IMG/VR virus record: IMGVR_UViG_2548876794_000003
Span: 1 to 64,000 of that record
DNA from: a virus
Lineage: Duplodnaviria > Caudoviricetes
Reading direction: 5' to 3' (one strand)
DNA length: 64,000 nt
Shown: positions 18,865-26,707 of the stretch, in pieces
Position numbering within the stretch: the stretch's first letter is position 1
Layout of the letters: each line of letters begins with the position of its first letter
Notes under the pieces: model-generated
Told to the model about the DNA's origin: nothing
The model's input: only the letters and a program-made list of their open reading frames with translations
The model's database searches: none
Translations under genes and position numbers: made by a program

Positions 18865-19170
18865 TTATTCCTCCTTTTTAGTAAGTAGGTCGATGCTAAT
18901 AAGCTGTCCCTGTGTACGTTTAATGATGCTGTCTGCTAGAGCACCAGCTTCTTTGAACGTTTGGACCATTGCCCCGCTGTGAGTTTGCTGATGCGTAATA
19001 CCATCAAAATAACGGATGATTACAGGGAATAGACCTTCTGGCTCATTACCTCGTGAACGCATCGTACGACGGTTAACTAATTTTTCTGTGAAACTTAAGA
19101 AAGATGTGGACTCTCTTGCGACTGATTTCCTAGTGTCTCCAGGGATATAAGTCACGCTTTTTTGTTCCAT
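18865..19170 (-). CDS. Hypothetical protein
   Basis: 101-aa ORF in operon. Confidence 0.65.
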   Translation of the reverse strand: MEQKSVTYIPGDTRKSVARESTSFLSFTEKLVNRRTMRSRGNEPEGLFPVIIRYFDGITHQQTHSGAMVQTFKEAGALADSIIKRTQGQLISIDLLTKKEE

Positions 19171-19188
19171 ATCTTCTTTTTTTGGTGA

Positions 19189-19491
19189 TTATTTGACATT
19201 TTTAGCACCTCTATTATTATCTAATACTTCTAGCTGTTTAACAATCTCTTTTAATGCAATGTTTGCTCTTTTTTTGATGGTATTATAGTCTTTATATCTT
19301 AATCCTGAAATTAGATAGTCCGGTAACGATATATTTGAGCCGGTATTTAGAACTATGAGCGTACGTTCGTTCAATAGGGCTATCTCATGATGACACCTCA
19401 TAATGCTGCTCATTGTTTTTTGAGCAATTTGCTCATTTGTTAAATTTGGATGTTCTTTAAAGACGTCTTCCAATTGAATACGTACGCCCAT
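19189..19491 (-). CDS. Hypothetical protein
   Basis: Start reassigned to MGVRI after SD AAGGGGAG. Confidence 0.6.
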   Translation of the reverse strand: MGVRIQLEDVFKEHPNLTNEQIAQKTMSSIMRCHHEIALLNERTLIVLNTGSNISLPDYLISGLRYKDYNTIKKRANIALKEIVKQLEVLDNNRGAKNVK

Positions 19492-19507
19492 TTTTACCAA
19501 TCTCCCC

Positions 19508-19867
19508 TTATGTGTAGTTGACAACAAGAGCCATTTTTCCGATGGAACGACTGTATTCAATCATCCCTCTTGTGCCAGGACTTTTTCCGTCCCAAAAACA
19601 AACAACTGCATCGCTTCTATTCGCCATTTCTCGGTTACGAATATGACCTGCAGCGTTCCCATGCTTGCTCCAGTCAGCAGGCATGATATGTAGTTTTAAA
19701 TTGTTCTTTCGTGCAAAACGTTCGCCCGTACGATCTGCTCCCCTAGCATGGCCAGAGATTATTTCTACTTGGCTATGGTCAAGATGGCGAATCATATTTG
19801 AAATAATACTATCTAACATGGCGTAGTCTGTGAAAGTTCTACTGCCAGCTATAACAAGCCGAAACAT
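19508..19867 (-). CDS. SLOG-family (DUF2493/YspA-like) protein
   Basis: IAGSR.F.DY, IISG.ARGAD..GE, PADW..HG.AAG.IRN.EMA, FWDGKS.GT..MI. Confidence 0.9.
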   Translation of the reverse strand: MFRLVIAGSRTFTDYAMLDSIISNMIRHLDHSQVEIISGHARGADRTGERFARKNNLKLHIMPADWSKHGNAAGHIRNREMANRSDAVVCFWDGKSPGTRGMIEYSRSIGKMALVVNYT

Positions 19868-19988
19868 TCCTATCACCTCCTCTAATTTAATTCGCTAAAG
19901 TAGGCGTTCATTGGCGAGATGCAACCCAAACTCGTGTTTTGCACCCCTAAAAAACAAGAAAACTGCCGAAGCAGCCTTCTTGTCAGAT

Positions 19989-20093
19989 AAAAAAGGCGAT
20001 CTCCCATAAAGGAAATCGCCTTAAAACTAGGTTGACTAGACCATAGCTCGGTATAGTAAAAGACATTTTGTATCTATTACAATACACAACTCT
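19989..20093 (-). ncRNA. Stand-alone small RNA (about 105 nt), putative trans-antisense regulator
   Basis: Promoter TTGACT(20128-20123)-18-TATACT(20104-20099); terminator AAGGCGAT...ATCGCCTT-TTTT; no SD; two segments complementary to leaders at 56171-56197 and 58497-58509. Confidence 0.6.
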
Positions 20094-20136
20094 ATTTGAG
20101 TATAATGGCTGAACAATAGAAAAGTCAATCCTTCAG

Positions 20137-20427
20137 TTAAGCGACAATAGCAATGATTTCTGATTGTCGGATAACTAGATAAGTTACGCCATCGTATTGG
20201 ACAGGTGAACCAGCGAATGGTTCAAAGACGATTACGTCATCTTTTTTAACGTCTAACGGTTTTGTTACACCGTTATTTAGTAAGAAGCCTGTTCCTACCT
20301 CTACTACTTTTGCTAATTGAGATTTTTGCTTTGCCGAATCTGGCAATACAATAAGCGAAGATTTCTTTTCTTCTTCCTCCACTTCCATCACTTTGATTAC
20401 TAATTTATCTCCTAATACTTTAAGCAT
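20137..20427 (-). CDS. groES: Co-chaperonin GroES
   Basis: LGDKLVI, IVLPDSAKQK, VVEVGTG, PLDVK..D...F..FAG, YLVIRQSEIIA; start reassigned to 20427. Confidence 0.93.
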   Translation of the reverse strand: MLKVLGDKLVIKVMEVEEEEKKSSLIVLPDSAKQKSQLAKVVEVGTGFLLNNGVTKPLDVKKDDVIVFEPFAGSPVQYDGVTYLVIRQSEIIAIVA

Positions 20428-20553
20428 GAATATGCCCCCTTGAATGTTATGAAAATATGTTGTTTTATATTTTAGCATTGGTCATATTAGGAGTAAAGTT
20501 ATAAATTTTCGACAAAATACAACAAAATAAAAAACCGCCGAAGCGGTTCTTTG

Positions 20554-21306
20554 TTAATGTGCCGCAGCGCGATTTTTATTAATGTAATGAATAATGAATG
20601 TAATGACGAATGCGCCACCTACAATAATAAAGAATAGTGCGTGTGACATTTCGTAACCTAGTACACCAGCAAGCATTTTAAGCGCGATAATTGCAATTAG
20701 TACGTATGCTGTTGTTTCAAGTTCTGGCACCACTTCTAATAGTTTTAAGAACATTGTTGCGATAGTACGCATCATGATGATACCTAGTACACCACCGACA
20801 AGTAATACCCAAACTTCATTAGAGATAGCAAATGCTGCAAGGATTGAATCGACTGAGAAAGCTAAATCCATTAATTCAACCATAACAATTGTTGCCCAGA
20901 ACGTACCAATTAAACGTTCTAGTAGGCCATGCTTGAATTCATGACTCTCTTCATCTTCGTCTTTGTTTTTATCTTTGAAGTATTTATATACTAAGAATAG
21001 TAAGTAAGCAGCACCGATAACTTTAATGTACCAGAATTGTACAATGTATACGCCAATACCGATGAATAAGAAGCGGAAGAAGAACGCTCCAATCATTCCG
21101 TACATAAGTGCTTTCTTGCGTTGAGATTCTGGTAAATGTTTAACCATTACTGCTAAAACTAATGCGTTATCGGCTGAAAGTAAACCTTCCATGATAACTA
21201 ATGTAAGGATTAATCCCCACGCTGTTGGGCTTGATAAAACTTCTACCCACATATGCCAATCAAAGAAACTAGCGTACGTGCTTAAAATCGAATTTAAAAT
21301 ATCCAT
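20554..21306 (-). CDS. terC: TerC-family membrane protein
   Basis: EGLLSADNALVLA, KAL.YG..GA..FR, ELMDLAFSVDSILAA. Confidence 0.93.
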   Translation of the reverse strand: MDILNSILSTYASFFDWHMWVEVLSSPTAWGLILTLVIMEGLLSADNALVLAVMVKHLPESQRKKALMYGMIGAFFFRFLFIGIGVYIVQFWYIKVIGAAYLLFLVYKYFKDKNKDEDEESHEFKHGLLERLIGTFWATIVMVELMDLAFSVDSILAAFAISNEVWVLLVGGVLGIIMMRTIATMFLKLLEVVPELETTAYVLIAIIALKMLAGVLGYEMSHALFFIIVGGAFVITFIIHYINKNRAAAH

Positions 21307-22070
21307 TATTTAATAACTCCTAATTCTTTTGCTTTTTTATACCATTGTGGCATTTCATTTAAGATACGTTTGTACAGGTCATTATCGTCAATTGAGGCAA
21401 TGTCGCCAGCATTGAAGAAGTTTGCATTGTCAATGTAGCGACCATGCAAGTCATCCAATTTTTCTAAGAACGGGAACCCACCCCAAGGAGAGTTGATGCC
21501 GATGAACTGCCAGAATACCGGACGATTAGAAAGTTTCTTGATTAGAGCTTCTGTTTGATCTCGGTCGGAATTGGCACCATCTGTGATGAAGAAAACAACA
21601 AGCGGATCGCCAGTAGTATACGTTTCTTTTTGCTCTTCTACTTCTTTTGTACCGAAGATTGAAGATAGGAAACGTTTTTTCTGTTTCACTTCTACTGTTC
21701 GAGTGACATGCTCCATTTTGAAGCGATTAGAAATTTCTTGCATAACAGGTGCATATTTTGTGCCGCCACCAATTGATAATCGGTCAAGAATACGCTCCTC
21801 AACATAGTTTTCTAAAGTTCTACGAGTTGCCGGTGCCGTCGTGTAGGCATTTCCGTTGAATGGAAATACTTCGATTTTTTGATTGCGGTCTAAATTGATG
21901 CCAATAGCGAGTAAGCGTTCCACCAAATCCTGAACTGTACCATTTTGGAATGTTGAAGACATTGAACCAGAAATATCAAGTGCGACAGCCACTTGGATAT
22001 TCTCACCAAATTGAATTTTTTCTAATTGGATTTTAACGTTCTTAACGCGTTTTTCTAAGTTAATAGACAT
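21306..22070 (-). CDS. vWA-domain protein (Ter-associated)
   Basis: MIDAS LDISGSM, GGTKYAPVM, FITDG, PVFWQFIG, FLEKLDDL.GR.IDNANFF. Confidence 0.9.
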   Translation of the reverse strand: MSINLEKRVKNVKIQLEKIQFGENIQVAVALDISGSMSSTFQNGTVQDLVERLLAIGINLDRNQKIEVFPFNGNAYTTAPATRRTLENYVEERILDRLSIGGGTKYAPVMQEISNRFKMEHVTRTVEVKQKKRFLSSIFGTKEVEEQKETYTTGDPLVVFFITDGANSDRDQTEALIKKLSNRPVFWQFIGINSPWGGFPFLEKLDDLHGRYIDNANFFNAGDIASIDDNDLYKRILNEMPQWYKKAKELGVIK

Positions 22071-22114
22071 GATGAATCTCCCTTATTTTTTAGTCGGATA
22101 GTAAATTGATTTGT

Positions 22115-22690
22115 TTATGCTTGTAAGCCGTAGTCGTTTACAAGAGCTGCTAAACCACCAGCATAGCCAGCGCCAACAGCATTGAATTTCCATTCTCCGT
22201 TATGGCGGTAAACAGAACCGAATACAAGAGCTGTTTCGATAGAGAAATCTTCACCTAAATCAAAGCGCATAATTTCTTCGTCGTTTTCTGCATTCACAAT
22301 ACGGATGAAGGCATTGCTAACCATACCGAAGTTTTGGTTTCGTTTTTCTGCATCGTAGATTGTTACAGTGAAGTCAACACGCTCAGTAGATGATGAAACT
22401 TTTTCTAAATCAACACTAAGTACCTCATCGTCACCTTCTCCACCACCTGTTAAGTTGTCACCAGAGTGAGTAACCGCACCAGTTGGATCTGTTAAGTTGT
22501 TGTAAAACACGAAATCTTCATCGCGTACAGCTTTACCATTAGCGTTTAATAAGAAAGCTGATGCATCTAAATCGAAATCTGCTCCGCCATCGAATTGTTT
22601 TACATCCCAACCTAAGCAAACGTTTACGCGTTTTAGGTTACGTCCTTTTGTTAAGTCAATTTTTTGTCCTTTTTGTAGTTGAATAGCCAT
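22115..22690 (-). CDS. terD: TerD-family stress protein
   Basis: L.KGQKIDL, LGWD, FDLDASAF, FVFYNNL, HSGDNLTG.GEGDDE, QNFG.V.NAFIR, GEWKFNAVG. Confidence 0.95.
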   Translation of the reverse strand: MAIQLQKGQKIDLTKGRNLKRVNVCLGWDVKQFDGGADFDLDASAFLLNANGKAVRDEDFVFYNNLTDPTGAVTHSGDNLTGGGEGDDEVLSVDLEKVSSSTERVDFTVTIYDAEKRNQNFGMVSNAFIRIVNAENDEEIMRFDLGEDFSIETALVFGSVYRHNGEWKFNAVGAGYAGGLAALVNDYGLQA

Positions 22691-22691
22691 G

Positions 22692-23225
22692 TTAAATCTT
22701 CTCCTTTTTATTATGTGAATTTTGTAGTTTTTCAATTGTTAAACCATCAGATGGTCCATGCTCATAGTCCTCGACAATATCGAAGTCATCTGCTTCAAAT
22801 GCCCACATCATCATACGGATTTTTGTTTGAATTTTGATATAAGCCAGTCGAGCTTCTTCATATGCTTGAAGCGGCGAATCTTCATTGAATCCGTCGAAAA
22901 AGCTTTTAGATAGTGACTGCAGTTGATCTAATTCATCGTATAAATTTTGATTGAGTGAAGCATGGTGTAAATCATTGCCTTCATTGATTACATAGATGTT
23001 ATACCAACGTCTATAAGTTGCAAGAATGTCTTTCTCAATCTCAATGATGATTTTGTTTCTATAATCAGCATTGAACAAGCAATCTCTTAACAATCCTTCA
23101 ATTATATACGGAGTGGCAGCCACGATTACTTTTTCCAAATCAAAATCTCTGAAATGCTCTTTGTGAAACTCATTGGCGCGGTAGCTAATATAATCTTGTT
23201 CTTCTGGGGAAATTAGAGTCATCAA
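22692..23225 (-). CDS. Hypothetical protein
   Basis: 177-aa ORF, coupled. Confidence 0.7.
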   Translation of the reverse strand: MMTLISPEEQDYISYRANEFHKEHFRDFDLEKVIVAATPYIIEGLLRDCLFNADYRNKIIIEIEKDILATYRRWYNIYVINEGNDLHHASLNQNLYDELDQLQSLSKSFFDGFNEDSPLQAYEEARLAYIKIQTKIRMMMWAFEADDFDIVEDYEHGPSDGLTIEKLQNSHNKKEKI

Positions 23226-23587
23226 TTTTCTTCGCCCTCCAAGAATTCATCAAATGATTCACGAATAGATGTTTGAATCCAATCTTCATAATCATCTTTT
23301 TCATAATTATATGTGCTATCAAATGCCGCTTTTTGAGCTGTAAGAATTGCTTCTTGTGGCATCTCTCTATATTCATCTTCACTGATAACATTTAGCATGC
23401 AACGCTTAACATCCTCTTGCTTTTGAAGTTCGTCATGCTGGTAGAGAAGGTATTGATAATCAAAATCGAGCGCAAGCTTTCGGATTAAAGAATCCTCCTC
23501 TAAGTTTGAGCATAATGAAATAAGCTCTTTTAGCTTCGCATACTCTGTTTGCTTCTCGATTGAAGGTAATTCGTATGTCTCTCCCAT
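23222..23587 (-). CDS. Hypothetical acidic protein
   Basis: SD GGGGAG. Confidence 0.7.
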   Translation of the reverse strand: MGETYELPSIEKQTEYAKLKELISLCSNLEEDSLIRKLALDFDYQYLLYQHDELQKQEDVKRCMLNVISEDEYREMPQEAILTAQKAAFDSTYNYEKDDYEDWIQTSIRESFDEFLEGEEN

Positions 23588-23600
23588 GTTATGCTCCCCC

Positions 23601-24191
23601 TTAGTAGACGTCTGGTAATCCTAATACTTCTTCGATTTCTTCTCGGATTCTTGTAATTACGCCAATATCAAAATGCATATCTACTTCGTCGCTCATACAT
23701 CCATTTTTTAAATTCAAATCTGTGCGTATCGCATTATTGTATTCAGTAATGATTGTTCGCATTGCCTTTGTAATTGCACCGTCTACGCTGTCTTGAAGCG
23801 CCATCTGAGTATCAGTTGGACCATCCTCGTCATATCCGTACTCTTCTGAGTAAGATACTCCTGTATCAAGTTCTTCATCTTCTAGTGAAAGGTTTGGATT
23901 CACGAGTTCAGCAGATTTTAAGCTAATCTTTCCAGTACCATTTAGATTAAATTGCATGCGCACATGCGCGTCGTTCGTATCAGTTGGACCGATCATCTCA
24001 TTCAGTTGCGCCAATTTATCAATGAATCCGATAAGCTCGTCATAATCCGCTTGTGTTAATAAGTTGCCACCGCATTTTGGGCAAGGCTTATTGATGTACT
24101 TTGGATAATCGTCAAAAAGGACATTCATATTCGTATAATTACAATCTTCGTTATCGCATTTAAGACCATAAACGTTCATGTTTTCTTCCAT
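23601..24191 (-). CDS. Zn-ribbon hypothetical protein
   Basis: GLKCDN..C.Y...PCPKCG.NLLT..DY. Confidence 0.7.
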   Translation of the reverse strand: MEENMNVYGLKCDNEDCNYTNMNVLFDDYPKYINKPCPKCGGNLLTQADYDELIGFIDKLAQLNEMIGPTDTNDAHVRMQFNLNGTGKISLKSAELVNPNLSLEDEELDTGVSYSEEYGYDEDGPTDTQMALQDSVDGAITKAMRTIITEYNNAIRTDLNLKNGCMSDEVDMHFDIGVITRIREEIEEVLGLPDVY

Positions 24192-24700
24192 TATTGAATA
24201 CCGCCTTTTGTGCCAGTTGAGCCGAATCCATTTGTACCACGAGATGTTTCGTTAAGCTCGTCTACAATCTGAATTGATGGCGTGACGATTGGTGAGATAA
24301 CAATTTGCGCAATTTTATCGCCTTTTAAAATTTGATACGAATGTGGAGCTGTTCGCTGTTCTTGGTCAGGCGCTTTGTCTAGTGTATAGATAGATTCCTC
24401 ATGTGCAGATACCATTGAGATGTTTCGAACGATAGCACCTACTTCTCCACGATAAGGTGAATCAATCGTGCCTAATTCGATATGTAAATTCGTGCGAGAT
24501 GTAATACCAGAACGTTGACGAATTGTTGCTTCATAACCCTCTGGAATCGCCATCTGAAATCCCAAAGGAAGGATATGTGTTTGCATTGGCTTGATTAGAA
24601 TATCTTCTGTGGCGAATACGTCCATACCAGCATCCGTTGCATTTGCTCGAACAGGAACTTTCGTATTGTTTGGTAATAATTTAATTTGAATAGTGTTCAT
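24191..24700 (-). CDS. dut: Trimeric dUTPase
   Basis: DAGMD, RSG, GTIDS.YRGE, GDKIAQ, RG.NGFGSTG; start reassigned to 24700. Confidence 0.95.
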   Translation of the reverse strand: MNTIQIKLLPNNTKVPVRANATDAGMDVFATEDILIKPMQTHILPLGFQMAIPEGYEATIRQRSGITSRTNLHIELGTIDSPYRGEVGAIVRNISMVSAHEESIYTLDKAPDQEQRTAPHSYQILKGDKIAQIVISPIVTPSIQIVDELNETSRGTNGFGSTGTKGGIQ

Positions 24701-24758
24701 GAGTAGTCTCCCTTTTGGATAGTAAGTAAACTCAATCGTTACAAGGCAGTGTGAACGA

Positions 24759-25106
24759 TTAAGCAAGTATTTGCTTGGTTTGTATTGTAGCGTCAATGCC
24801 CATCGAAGAAATCACATCTGAAATGGCGAGTATGAAATCTTCATATGAGGGCATGAATCTTTTCTTAATAAGTATTTGTGACTTCGCTGCAATGTCATCC
24901 ATAACTTCTTCATCTAATTCAAGACCAAATTCACTATTGATAATTGTGTGATAAGGACTTGAATTAAAAGCAGGTTCGTTTTGAGAAGCATCGGAATCAC
25001 TTATCTCATTTGATTGGATTCTTCGGGCATACATGATTGTATTGTCATCTACGTTGTTATTAATAACGTCGCTTAAGACTTTTCTTAGTAAATCTTGATT
25101 GCCCAC
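24759..25106 (-). CDS. Hypothetical protein
   Basis: SD GGAGG, GTG start. Confidence 0.65.
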   Translation of the reverse strand: MGNQDLLRKVLSDVINNNVDDNTIMYARRIQSNEISDSDASQNEPAFNSSPYHTIINSEFGLELDEEVMDDIAAKSQILIKKRFMPSYEDFILAISDVISSMGIDATIQTKQILA

Positions 25107-25124
25107 GAAAACTATATCCTCCTT

Positions 25125-25667
25125 CTATTGTTGTCTGAGTGTTTTGATGTATTCATCATTCAATTCTTCATGTGAAAGAATAGTAGATGATTCACAAACA
25201 ACACTCTTTGTTAATTTTAAATCATTTATCTTAGATAAGATAGACTTTAGTAACGATTCGATGTTTAAAATTTGCGAAAACCCAGCGTCTATAGCCTCAA
25301 TAGGCGTTCGACCATAGTAGGTATCTTGCGCTAAATCGGTAATGTTCTCTAAATCATGCCCTAAATTTTCAATGATAACTTGGCAAGAAGTATTTCGATA
25401 TTCTCCATCGTGATCGAATTCTAATGCATATGAAGTCTCCAGGTAGCATCGAATTTCTTTCATCACATCAATTACAATATCTTCGTAGTCGGCGAATAAA
25501 TTTTTACTTGATGCTACGTGTTCACTGACAACATGAGAGATGATAGTTTTAACTCTTTCGTTGTCCCAGTTGTTTAACTTAGCTTCTTTTTTGATAGCGT
25601 CCTCTTTGAGTAAGCTCGCTAACAAAGCATCGAATAGAATGTTTTTTTCGTTGTTCATATATTTCAT
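25125..25667 (-). CDS. Hypothetical protein
   Basis: 180-aa ORF. Confidence 0.7.
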   Translation of the reverse strand: MKYMNNEKNILFDALLASLLKEDAIKKEAKLNNWDNERVKTIISHVVSEHVASSKNLFADYEDIVIDVMKEIRCYLETSYALEFDHDGEYRNTSCQVIIENLGHDLENITDLAQDTYYGRTPIEAIDAGFSQILNIESLLKSILSKINDLKLTKSVVCESSTILSHEELNDEYIKTLRQQ

Positions 25668-25670
25668 CTC

Positions 25671-25886
25671 CTAAGCAGTTTTAGTCCAAAGATTTTTTTC
25701 TTTTTCTGAAAGAAAAAAAGTCACTTGAATGATGGCATCGCCTTCATCCATATGTGACTTTGCTCCTTCAAGTGTTTGAAATGCATGGTCTACCAATTTT
25801 TTTACCATTGGTGTAAAACTTTTTGTTCGGTGGTTATAGAGTAAATCGTTTCGCTTGATAACGTAGCCTGTAAACATGGTTCTCAC
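25671..25886 (-). CDS. Hypothetical protein
   Basis: SD AAGGGGG. Confidence 0.6.
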   Translation of the reverse strand: MRTMFTGYVIKRNDLLYNHRTKSFTPMVKKLVDHAFQTLEGAKSHMDEGDAIIQVTFFLSEKEKNLWTKTA

Positions 25887-25896
25887 CCCCTTTCAT

Positions 25897-26289
25897 TTAC
25901 AGAACTTTTTTGATGTCGCTAGAACGAAATTTTGAGCCGTTCGGGAACAATACAGAAAAGCGCAGCATACTATTTGAAGGCTCTAAAATAATATAACAAT
26001 CCAGAGCTTTTAAATACTTAATAGGCGTATTGTTGTATGAACGAATCTCCTTGGTTTTAATATGCCTTCTGAAATAGTTACCAGTTGATGACAAGTCATA
26101 TTCTGTTCGCTCCAATGCATGCGCTAACTCTTGGAAGTTTTTCGCTTCAAAAACGTGGTTCGATTGAAAACATCGCATAAGCATTTCTAAATTGTGATCA
26201 GTGCGATGCTTTCTTTTTATTAGGCGATAAAGCAGCTCTGCAGACGTTCTACGTCTCAGCATGACCTCTAATCTTGCATTTAAATTCAT
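25897..26289 (-). CDS. Hypothetical protein
   Basis: SD GGAGGG, MNLNAR. Confidence 0.65.
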   Translation of the reverse strand: MNLNARLEVMLRRRTSAELLYRLIKRKHRTDHNLEMLMRCFQSNHVFEAKNFQELAHALERTEYDLSSTGNYFRRHIKTKEIRSYNNTPIKYLKALDCYIILEPSNSMLRFSVLFPNGSKFRSSDIKKVL

Positions 26290-26318
26290 TGAAATTCCCT
26301 CCAAAAATAAAAGACCAC

Positions 26319-26414
26319 CTATTTGTAGTTTCGGTGGTCTGCAAGTATTGAAGCTAATGCGAATACAAAGGATATTGCGCTTATTAATATAATCAGTAAA
26401 GATCCGCTAATCAT
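26319..26414 (-). CDS. 31-aa hydrophobic peptide (type I toxin-like or small membrane protein)
   Basis: MISGSLLIILISAISFVFALASILADHRNYK; SD GAGGGTG; terminator AGACCACC/GGTGGTCT overlaps the stop; below ORF-track cutoff. Confidence 0.55.
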   Translation of the reverse strand: MISGSLLIILISAISFVFALASILADHRNYK

Positions 26415-26707
26415 TATATTTTTCACCCTCTACAGCCACCTGCTCCATAGTAACATAAGCTTTTTAGTTTACTATACATGGGATTTTAGTAACTAGATAA
26501 AATCAAGATTTAACTTCTAATTAGAATACTTTATTAGCGATTTCTTATCTAAGAGAGTTACCAATTTAATAAATGATACTAATTATTCATTTACTAATCA
26601 TTTAATGATGTTTATTTACTATTTTTGTTAAATAAAGGTGATTTTTGATAAATTTATTGTTACAGTCATATCTGTGTCATTTAAAAAAATAACAAGGAGG
26701 TTACAAA

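Noticed and set aside
20032-20057. Plus-strand promoter TTGACT...TATAGT as the explanation of the 27-mer repeat
   Set aside because: The spacer is only 14 nt, too short for sigA.
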